DNA from: a virus
Lineage: Duplodnaviria; Caudoviricetes
Length of the DNA: 43,303 nucleotides
Direction: 5' to 3' (one strand)
Virus record (IMG/VR): IMGVR_UViG_3300025635_000039
Location: 1-43,303 of that record
In this document: positions 36,701 to 43,303 of the stretch, in pieces
Layout of the letters: every line of letters begins with the position of its first letter
How positions within the stretch are numbered: the stretch's first letter is position 1
Notes under the pieces: generated by a model
Seen by the model: only the letters and a program-made list of their open reading frames with translations
Database searches by the model: none
Told to the model about the DNA's origin: nothing
Made by a program: the position numbers and the translations under genes

Positions 36701-37153
36701 CTAGCCCGTCTCTCGCGGAGTGAAGTGGAAGCCCGCTTCACGATGCCTGATGTCAAGCTCGGGGTGGTGGATCTCGGTGACCCCAAGCTCAAGAACGCCA
36801 CCGGACAGACCCCCTACGACCGCTGGACCGAACTGATCGGTAAGGTCGAGATCGGTGGAAAGACCTTCCACGACAAACTCGAACAGGTCATGGAGTCACA
36901 GCGGTATAAGGACGGCACGGACGGGACCAGCATGTACCACGCCGGGAACCGTGTCGTGATGATCCGCAATGAACAGGAGCGGTACCGCGAGAAAGCCCTG
37001 CGTGACATGCTGACGGAATACGATCAGCAATACCGCAGCGGTGCCCTCGCGTTCAGCCTCAGGGATATGGTGCGGCAGGACAAGCGGAATGAGCAGGCGG
37101 TCAGGCATGGGAAGACCGACCGTGTAAAAGACATCCTCAACTTCGGACAATAA
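33770..37153 (+). CDS. Large internal virion / ejection protein (T7 gp16-like)
   Basis: 1127 aa; LSSPKTHVVN, DEFFKQ, PFVKVPTNI, GWQPYS, RLDP; synteny. Confidence 0.82.
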   Translation: MSMDEYGVEAGAAASTPDVSSVNVDPAQVPSERPAEEPNPDGNLGTDILYRGLVGGAEQAARGTYSTVKAVGDAVGAKLPDLPEESLVEAPEGIAGQITRDVTQFGLGFIGGMNLLKIGGMATKLPAVAKEILASGIGTGVVADPTAPRLSNLIQKYPFLENPVTEYLAQDDKDGVGESKFKAALEDMMMTPAALVLFKTVKALKNALKGNGDEATKLSDEILQDARGVNSMDDALEVPEVKVTPENAAPDLVEDVVKPAVEITSPSGKVMFKLSDDESKAFDAHLNYIVSNGHLEDVFNFPAFKSFNAARSEAMPETQEMLDGLVQYIKPKLDGKMGAVKQHAEVEKFADLLQEDPKVLYARLQQSAKVAQDLDATIVAAKGLTYSLARETRALATKVHFGTATAEDKAALELSQQRLADVFGMTLQIRKGAARATSAGKISTGESDLEELSTMLALTKDEKEALGVLKAKTLLGKLIDAHNEIWINGILSSPKTHVVNIVSAATQSLLMPFNKVVGGAILRDPQQIREGFALYNGLRTNIFDSMEMAARSFKTEKAILDPGKSTDQMTEKAVAMSGDTLFGKGVNFLGTVARIPGRFLKAEDEFFKQMNYRSKVMADASREASDLVTGGKLDPKKMVDYTDGTTTTKISEVEKYKLDRFNAAFSPSGVGADGAAQQYAREVTFTQDLNGIKTYTDWGNFGASIQRLASSHPWLRGSVLPFVKVPTNILRAAGDYTPPIAALKKEGMDILTGAETDPGKKTAFVGRLTTGSMLWTSAIMMAYEGRITGSAFGDKDMRNRQMESGWQPYSIVFEGENGKKEYVSFQRLDPVGMFFGLAADFAYLGQHITDTERDNWATSAALSIAKNLSSKSYLQGVVEMASMLGGGYTAEEQAKRMVQMRAASYLPNYLNLYTGNDELKEIRSVTDALMAKTPGMSSQVEAKRDYFGEKRVAPMGYPWNNIDPFPQSEEKDKVRNELARLSRSEVEARFTMPDVKLGVVDLGDPKLKNATGQTPYDRWTELIGKVEIGGKTFHDKLEQVMESQRYKDGTDGTSMYHAGNRVVMIRNEQERYREKALRDMLTEYDQQYRSGALAFSLRDMVRQDKRNEQAVRHGKTDRVKDILNFGQ

Positions 37154-37160
37154 CACACTA

Positions 37161-39257
37161 ATGGCTCTTTCTTACGTACAGTACTCTGGTAACGGGGCGA
37201 CGACAAATTTCGCCGTCCCGTTCCAGTACATCGATTCGACTCATGTGCATTGTTACGTGGGTGGTGTCGAGGTCACGGCCTTTACCTGGCCGAATGCCTC
37301 AACCATCCAGTTCACGGTCGCCCCGGCTGCGGGGACGTTGAACATCGAGATCCGGCGAGTGACACCACGCGAAGTACCGCTCGTAGACTACGGGGACGGT
37401 TCGGTGCTGTTTGCCTCCGAGCTTGATACCGCGAACCTACAGAGTCTCTTCATTGCTCAGGAATACTTCGAGCAAGCGGAGAGTGCGTTTCCAACCGGCC
37501 ATACCCTCGACTCCCACTCTGATGCCACGCTTGGGGCTTCCGTCGCCAAGGGGACCATGCGGGTCTACGACGTAAACTCTAAGTGGAACGCAATCACGGC
37601 ACCGGCTGATGGTGGGTTGCTCATTGGAGATACCGCTGATGCCAAAGGTGTGCGCTGGTTGAGTAAAGGTACAAGCGGGAATTTTCTCCAAGTAGATGAC
37701 GCCGCTGCCGGGAAGGTGTCGTGGGTAGCGGGCTTTAAGAACCTGATGACAACCGTAGGGGATATTCTCTACGCTTCGGCGGTTGGTGTGGCCGCTCGCC
37801 TCGGGATCGGCCTGGACAACTATGTCCTCGTCGCCCGCCCCGGATCAACCCCGCCTCTTGCCTGGGAACCCACCAGTTTCACGGCAGGTACAACGGCGGG
37901 GAGACCGTCACCGACGACAACTCGCGTGGTGCGCCACAACACCACCACCAATCAGATCGAAGAGTGGGATGGCTCTGCGTGGCGTATCGTCCCGAGCCTA
38001 CCGGATGAAGCCAGCACACAGGGAGACGTGATCTACAAAGGTGCGTCTAACTGGGAACGGCTGGCAGTTGGCCGGGTTGGTGCCCCGCTGGTGAGCGGTG
38101 GCGCTTCGGCTAACCCTAGCTGGGATGCCATAGGCACTCCTGGGGTACATATCCTGAAGTGGGGTATTCTCAATAAAGCACAGAACAGTACCGGGTACGG
38201 TGCGTGTGTGGGGAATGGTGCGAAGACCGTTGAAGCAGATGGGGGCTACCTTATCCCGTTCCCTGTTCTCGTAGGCCATCTGCGGGTACATGCAAGTGCT
38301 GCCCCGCCTGCCGGTCAGACGTTTACCTTCACGGTTCGCCGGGGGAAGATTGACTACAGTACCGGCACCACCACCTTTGAGGATACTGCGATAACGTGTC
38401 AAATCACCAGCGCATCTACATCGGCGTCTGACTTATCCGCCTCAGCCCTCTTTGGTCCTAGTGATGTCATTGGGATCAAATGTGTTGCAAGTGCCACTAC
38501 AGGTAGTACCATCGACCTCACGATAACTGTGGAGATGTTCCAGCCGGAAAGCCTCAGTCGCCCGCTGGTTCACGGTGTTTTACCTGTGGCATACAATGGT
38601 GTTAATACCACCCCTGTGTGGATGGGTGAAATCGCTGTCAACGGCACGGAGGGGAAGATGCAGGTGCCCCTACCGGCTTGCTGTCTTGTACTACAGAGTG
38701 CGCCCTCAGACTCATCTAGTTATGGTGGGCCTAAACAGGGGTGGTGGCCTGGTTGGGAGCAGGAGCACGTCAAGTCGGCTAATGACCTACTCTCGTTCTC
38801 TTGGACACCTGTTTCCCCTGATGGGATTGTGTCCTATCTACATAGAAGGGCTGGTGTACTCCAACACGCTACGTCCCCGAACACGTATCACCCCGGAGTC
38901 ACCATATTCTCCGCACTCGATCAAGCGCAGAACACCACACGCTACTGCGGTGGGTTTGGTAATGCCCCTAGTGCCACCGAATCTGAAGTACAGATCCCCA
39001 TGCCAGCCTGTACCGTGCGAAACATGCGGGTGTCCCTCGATTCGACACCAGCAGCCGGTCAGAATTTCACACTGACTCTGCGGAAGAACGGGGTAGACAC
39101 GGCCTTGAGTGTAACGGTTTCCAACCCCGACACACTTCAAGCGGATCTCACCCATTCGGTTACCTTTGCCTCAGGTGACTTGCTCTCCATCAAGAGTGTG
39201 TCGAGTGCTACCTCTGGCACGCATTCACCCACCATCCTTATTGAGGTCACGCAATAA
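37161..39257 (+). CDS. Tail fibre (T7 gp17-like N-terminal anchor)
   Basis: YSGNGATTNFAVPFQY...IRRVTP...LQSLFIAQE anchor, GD-type shaft repeats, repeated C-terminal beta domains. Confidence 0.9.
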   Translation: MALSYVQYSGNGATTNFAVPFQYIDSTHVHCYVGGVEVTAFTWPNASTIQFTVAPAAGTLNIEIRRVTPREVPLVDYGDGSVLFASELDTANLQSLFIAQEYFEQAESAFPTGHTLDSHSDATLGASVAKGTMRVYDVNSKWNAITAPADGGLLIGDTADAKGVRWLSKGTSGNFLQVDDAAAGKVSWVAGFKNLMTTVGDILYASAVGVAARLGIGLDNYVLVARPGSTPPLAWEPTSFTAGTTAGRPSPTTTRVVRHNTTTNQIEEWDGSAWRIVPSLPDEASTQGDVIYKGASNWERLAVGRVGAPLVSGGASANPSWDAIGTPGVHILKWGILNKAQNSTGYGACVGNGAKTVEADGGYLIPFPVLVGHLRVHASAAPPAGQTFTFTVRRGKIDYSTGTTTFEDTAITCQITSASTSASDLSASALFGPSDVIGIKCVASATTGSTIDLTITVEMFQPESLSRPLVHGVLPVAYNGVNTTPVWMGEIAVNGTEGKMQVPLPACCLVLQSAPSDSSSYGGPKQGWWPGWEQEHVKSANDLLSFSWTPVSPDGIVSYLHRRAGVLQHATSPNTYHPGVTIFSALDQAQNTTRYCGGFGNAPSATESEVQIPMPACTVRNMRVSLDSTPAAGQNFTLTLRKNGVDTALSVTVSNPDTLQADLTHSVTFASGDLLSIKSVSSATSGTHSPTILIEVTQ

Positions 39258-39442
39258 TGCCAGGAACACTTATTATTGACCAGCGGTTCAAATCCTATCC
39301 AGGTACCGCTGCGGAAATCATGACCGCTATCAACGCAGACCTTGCTGCGACGGACCTCTGGTTCATCAAGCAGATGGGTGTCCTTACCGCAGGGCAAGGC
39401 ATCGTCGCGTGGGTACTGTGGGAAAAACAGACGAGGGGCTGA
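39257..39442 (+). CDS. Small hypothetical protein after tail fibre
   Basis: TAATG coupling; GAGG RBS. Confidence 0.6.
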   Translation: MPGTLIIDQRFKSYPGTAAEIMTAINADLAATDLWFIKQMGVLTAGQGIVAWVLWEKQTRG

Positions 39443-39636
39443 TGGGGCCGCTAGAAGAGGGTAAACTTATCGCCACCGTCGAACAACTCACCGCCACCGT
39501 CGCAAAACTGACCGATGTCGTAGAGAAGCTCGAAGCTCAACAGAACTACTGGAAGGGTGCCTTCGCATCCAACTTCGTGTGGTCTGGTGGGATTGCCGCC
39601 GCTGTCTCTGCGGTGTGGCAATGGTTTCACAAATAG
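39442..39636 (+). CDS. Coiled-coil plus C-terminal hydrophobic protein (holin-like position)
   Basis: TGATG coupling; heptad segment, then FVWSGGIAAAVSAVWQWF. Confidence 0.55.
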   Translation: MGPLEEGKLIATVEQLTATVAKLTDVVEKLEAQQNYWKGAFASNFVWSGGIAAAVSAVWQWFHK

Positions 39637-39742
39637 CCGAGTGGTCCCAGGAGGTCGAGCAATGGCTTCCTGGGACCGAACATGACCCTGCTGACTACGA
39701 TATCCCAGGCGGACAAACCGCCTTTGGTAAGGAGATCGCACT

Positions 39743-40093
39743 ATGGGCACTGTGGCCCGAACAAAATTGCATCGGCTGCGGGAACGCCTAGCCCAGGAGT
39801 TCGAGGACATCCTCAACACCGGGGAACCGCTGCTTGATAACGAGGGAAATCCTATCGTGATCAGCGGGAAGCCGGTGTTCAAGCGGCCCTCCCCCGCGAT
39901 GTATAACACGATCCGTCAGTTCCTCAGGGACAATGGCATCGACCGTGATCCGCTCGACATCGATCCCGAGAAACCCCCGGTGACTGACGCTCTCCCCTTC
40001 GTGGAAGACCTACAGGAACTAGATGGTCTCCCGGCCCACCTACAGATCCAATCTGATGCACGACTACAAACCGAAGACCCCGAAGGATTTTAG
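39743..40093 (+). CDS. Terminase small subunit (T7 gp18-like)
   Basis: PAMYNTIRQFLRDNGI and LPF motifs; AAGGAG RBS. Confidence 0.85.
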   Translation: MGTVARTKLHRLRERLAQEFEDILNTGEPLLDNEGNPIVISGKPVFKRPSPAMYNTIRQFLRDNGIDRDPLDIDPEKPPVTDALPFVEDLQELDGLPAHLQIQSDARLQTEDPEGF

Positions 40094-41789
40094 GAACTTC
40101 CTCTACCTCGTCTGGAAACATCTGCGTCTCCCTGCCCCAACCCCCATTCAATACGACATCGCACAGGCCCTCGCCCACGGTACCGACCGTGACATGATCG
40201 AGGCGTTCCGTGGGGTGGGGAAGTCGTGGATCACCAGTGCCTTCGTCTGTTGGACACTCGACCACCACCCCGATTGGAATATCCTCGTGGTCTCCGCCTC
40301 GAAGACGCGGGCCGACGACTTCAGTACCTTCGTCATGCGGCTGATCAAGGAGATGCCCATACTGCGGCACCTCACTCCGCGCGATGAACAGCGGGACAGT
40401 AAGATCAGCTTCGACGTAGGACCGGCCCCAGCTTCGCACGCACCCTCCGTCAAATCCCTCGGGATCACCTCGCAGCTTACCGGGAGCCGCGCCAACCTGA
40501 TCGTCGCGGATGACATCGAAGTGCCGGCGAACTCACAGACGCAGATGATGCGTGACAAGCTCGCGGAGCAGATCAAGGAGTTCGACGCCATCATCAAGCC
40601 TGAGCCGGGATGCCGCATTGTCTTCTTGGGGACACCGCAGCACGAACAGAGTGTCTACAACAAACTCCCCGAGCGCGGTTTCCGTGTCCATGTGTGGACC
40701 GCCCGCGTGCCGAAGGAGAAAGACCTTCCATACTTCGGGGATAAGCTCGCCCCGTTCATTCTGAATGCGATCCGCGAGGGTCGCCTGAAGGAGGGTCAGC
40801 CCACTGATCCGGGGCGGTTCAACGACTTCGACCTGAAGAAGCGAGAAGCCAGCTACGGCAAAACAGGCTTCGCCCTTCAGTTCATGCTCAACACGTCCCT
40901 CAGTGACATCGAGAAGTTCCCCCTGAAGGTCCGCGATCTGATCGTCATGGACATCAACCCGGATCGCGCCCCGGAGCACGTCGTATGGGCCGCAGACTCC
41001 GAGTTGATCATCAACGATCTCCCGAACGTGGCGATGACCGGGGACAAGTTCTACAAGCCCATGGCGTTCGCCGGGAGTGGACCTCAGGGACAAGCTCAGT
41101 GGCTTCCCTACACCGGCTGCGTCATGGCTATCGACCCGAGCGGTCGGGGTGCGGACGAGCTAGGCTACGCCGTTGTCAAGATGCTCAACGGGCAACTCTT
41201 CGTGGTGGCCTGCGGGGGTCTCTCCGGGGGCTACCAGGAGGAGAACCTTGAGGTCTTGGCGAAGATGGCCGCGAAGTTCCAAGTCAATCACATCGTCATT
41301 GAAGAGAACTTCGGAGACGGGATGTTCACAGCGTTGTTTAAGCCGGTCTTGAAGAAGTCCCACCCCTGTTTCGTGGAGGAAGTCAAGCACTCGAAGCAGA
41401 AGGAACTGCGGATCATCGACACCCTTGAGCCGGTGATGAACCAACACAAGCTCATCATCGACCGCTCCGTCATCCAGGCCGACTACGACTCGACCCAAGA
41501 GCGGGGAAGTGACCACGCTTACAAGTACCAGTTGATCCACCAGTTAACCCGGATCACCAAGGAGCGGGGTGCCCTGGCCCATGACGACCGGCTGGATGCC
41601 TTGGCTATGGCGATTGCGTATTGGGTCGAGCAGATGTCGAAGGACATCGAAGAATCCAAAAAGATGCAGTCCGCCAAAGACCTGAACGACGAACTGAAGC
41701 GATTTCGTCAACAAGTCTTTGGTGGGAATCGGAGGACACCGAACAATCGATGGGCAACCTCGCGTAATTACTCTGGAAATCGTCGTTGA
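40056..41789 (+). CDS. Terminase large subunit (T7 gp19-like)
   Basis: AFRGVGKSWIT, ADDIE, LGTPQ, IDPSGRGADE, HDDRLDAL. Confidence 0.96.
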   Translation: MHDYKPKTPKDFRNFLYLVWKHLRLPAPTPIQYDIAQALAHGTDRDMIEAFRGVGKSWITSAFVCWTLDHHPDWNILVVSASKTRADDFSTFVMRLIKEMPILRHLTPRDEQRDSKISFDVGPAPASHAPSVKSLGITSQLTGSRANLIVADDIEVPANSQTQMMRDKLAEQIKEFDAIIKPEPGCRIVFLGTPQHEQSVYNKLPERGFRVHVWTARVPKEKDLPYFGDKLAPFILNAIREGRLKEGQPTDPGRFNDFDLKKREASYGKTGFALQFMLNTSLSDIEKFPLKVRDLIVMDINPDRAPEHVVWAADSELIINDLPNVAMTGDKFYKPMAFAGSGPQGQAQWLPYTGCVMAIDPSGRGADELGYAVVKMLNGQLFVVACGGLSGGYQEENLEVLAKMAAKFQVNHIVIEENFGDGMFTALFKPVLKKSHPCFVEEVKHSKQKELRIIDTLEPVMNQHKLIIDRSVIQADYDSTQERGSDHAYKYQLIHQLTRITKERGALAHDDRLDALAMAIAYWVEQMSKDIEESKKMQSAKDLNDELKRFRQQVFGGNRRTPNNRWATSRNYSGNRR

Positions 41790-41794
41790 AGTCT

Positions 41795-41817
41795 AATGGG
41801 TTGGACCTGTAGAGGGG
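41795..41817 (+). promoter_or_regulatory. Phage RNAP promoter P5 (phiOR-like)
   Basis: AATGGGTTGGACCTGTA-GAGGGG after terminase, preceding an AT-rich tract. Confidence 0.8.
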
Positions 41818-41820
41818 CAT

Positions 41821-41904
41821 GTATCTCTATAGATACTATATAGTTACTTATATAATTTTATATAGTTATTATATAGTTATTTCTTAGGTTACTTCTATAG
41901 TTAC
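41821..41904. repeat. AT-rich tract with TATAGTTA repeats (candidate origin / concatemer-processing region)
   Basis: GTATCT-CTAT-AGATAC inverted repeat, then four TATAGTTA copies. Confidence 0.6.
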
Positions 41905-41948
41905 ACCTGAAGACCAGACGACTACAAGAAGAACCTAAAGGAAGTAGA

Positions 41949-42131
41949 TTGAAGGTATACCACTGTAAAGACTGTGGTTGTAGCTATAGTCATGACCAAG
42001 GTTACCTCCACAGTTTAACCTGTGGGGCACGTAAACGACCTGCAAAGATCGTGAAGTCCAGTGAGATCGACCAACAGATGGGCCTCGTCAACATAGGCCC
42101 GTATCGCGTGAGAAGAGACCTCAATGAGTGA
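41949..42131 (+). CDS. Small Zn-finger-like protein
   Basis: CKDC...H...C; AAGGAAG RBS before TTG. Confidence 0.45.
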   Translation: MKVYHCKDCGCSYSHDQGYLHSLTCGARKRPAKIVKSSEIDQQMGLVNIGPYRVRRDLNE

Positions 42132-42312
42132 TTATCGGAAGAAACCTGTGGTTATCCAAGCAGTTCAAATGCCTGTGGCCGGATCGGTCCATGATGTTCT
42201 GCATGGCATAGACATCCCCTATGAGGCTGGTGATTGGATTATCACCGGAGTCAAGGGTGAGCGGTACGCCTGCAAGGACGATGTGTTCCGGGCCACATAC
42301 GACCCAGCTTAA
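42124..42312 (+). CDS. Small conserved phage protein (YRKKPVV...GDWII.GVKGE.Y.CK family)
   Basis: Recognisable motif set; 62 aa. Confidence 0.75.
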   Translation: MSDYRKKPVVIQAVQMPVAGSVHDVLHGIDIPYEAGDWIITGVKGERYACKDDVFRATYDPA

Positions 42313-43093
42313 TAACGATCAATGACCCTCAGGTGCATCCCAATAGCGATCCCTGAGGGTTACATCGGGTTTCATGAGATCGTCGCTCGTAGGGGCACGG
42401 CAGCGTTTCCTGAGGGTATTCTGAGGGTAACTCGGAAGATGTTAGCAACTGGTTATCCTGTTGGTGTTCTGTGAAGGTCACCTGAGGGAGAGGGAAGCGA
42501 GGGTAGGTAGGACGCCCGGAAGGGCTGCATTCCCCGAGAGTAGACGACCTCGATTGTACCTCAGGCAGACCACACAGAACAGCGCGGATAATTTGGCGAA
42601 AAAATGTCTTAGGGTACCGCCTATAGCATCGCTGCCGGCTTCCCCCATGTGGGTACCCTGTTCATAACCTGTTGACAACGCTGGGCATTAGACTTGCATA
42701 GACACCAGGAAACCCCGATTTGTGGATAACTAAGCAACAAACCCAGCAACAAAGACACATAAACCCTTGTAATCATTGGCTAACCAAGGGATATTGTATC
42801 CGTTTCACAGGACCGACAAGGCTATAAAGCCCTATCGGTCCTTATTTTTTCGATTCCCGACTAGATTACTCAACAATGTGGTACATTCGCATGTCTTTCT
42901 GACATCGGGTGTATCAATGCGTTTTCAATCTACAGTAACCTAGTCAAGTATCCGTAGAATAACCTCAGGGCATAGTCTTTGTTGCACTTTCCACACATGG
43001 CAATGACACACTTGTGGGATTGATACCACACCCGCACAAAGTAGCCTAAGGCGTAACCTGAGGAATAACGCGGAGTTATCAGTAGTTTTCGCA

Positions 43094-43109
43094 TGGCATA
43101 TGGATTGCT
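43094..43109 (+). promoter_or_regulatory. Candidate sigma54 (-24/-12) promoter
   Basis: TGGCAT-ATGGA-TTGCT with exact GG-N10-GC spacing, ~50 nt upstream of the first early ORF. Confidence 0.5.
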
Positions 43110-43159
43110 TCCATGAGTGGGTATGATGCAGCAATGGGCCTAACCAAGGAGTAGACACT

Positions 43160-43303
43160 ATGAGAATCGATGCAAACGGTAAGGTATGGGCTACATGGCG
43201 GGAATGGATGAAGATGGGGAAAGAAGATTCAATGCTAGGAAGACCTGAACCACGTTTCCCAAACCAACCCGATTACATGGCGGGATACAACCATAAGAAA
43301 AGA
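43160..43303 (+). CDS. First early ORF (55 aa, MRIDANGKVWATWREW...), continuing across the junction to a stop at 149-151
   Basis: AAGGAG RBS; frame stays open through the terminal repeat. Confidence 0.65.
   Translation, partial: MRIDANGKVWATWREWMKMGKEDSMLGRPEPRFPNQPDYMAGYNHKKR
43178..43303. repeat. Terminal direct repeat, copy 2
   Basis: Identical to 2-127. Confidence 0.93.

Noticed and set aside
37161-39257. Diversity-generating retroelement target in the tail fibre
   Set aside because: No reverse transcriptase gene, and I noticed no near-identical TR/VR nucleotide repeat pair
41907-41935. Second hammerhead at CTGAAGA
   Set aside because: No stem II followed by GAAA and no stem III/NUH arrangement
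42672-42700. Sigma70 promoter from TTGACA at 42672
   Set aside because: No acceptable -10 hexamer at 16-18 bp spacing
42721-42729. Perfect DnaA box (TGTGGATAA)
   Set aside because: A single 9-mer is unsurprising by chance in 43 kb, and there is no cluster of boxes

Overview
This window is an apparently complete, circularly assembled genome of a T7-like podophage (Autographiviridae-like). Positions 2-127 repeat at 43178-43303, and all credible genes lie on the + strand. The canonical T7-type core is present: single-subunit RNA polymerase, SSB, endonuclease I, amidase, primase-helicase, ligase, DNA polymerase A, exonuclease, portal, scaffold, capsid, tail tubes, internal proteins, tail fibre and terminase. 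The phage looks temperate: a MarR-like wHTH gene and a tyrosine integrase precede an attP containing the 5' 44 nt of tRNA-Leu(TAA), just upstream of the RNAP gene. Five phage-RNAP promoters (core GTTGGACCTGTAG) and a recurring operator-like palindrome (TTCCA-N4-TGGAA) can be read directly. The most unusual elements are: (1) a complete type I hammerhead ribozyme at 2878-2936, upstream of the repressor-integrase genes; (2) a ~4.2 kb cassette between portal and scaffold encoding four signal-peptide proteins, three of them large, beta-rich and with even cysteine counts, suggesting periplasmically folded late products; (3) sigma54-type promoter motifs before the early region; (4) several structured non-coding leaders. 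Protein identities come from motif recognition only; no database search was run.
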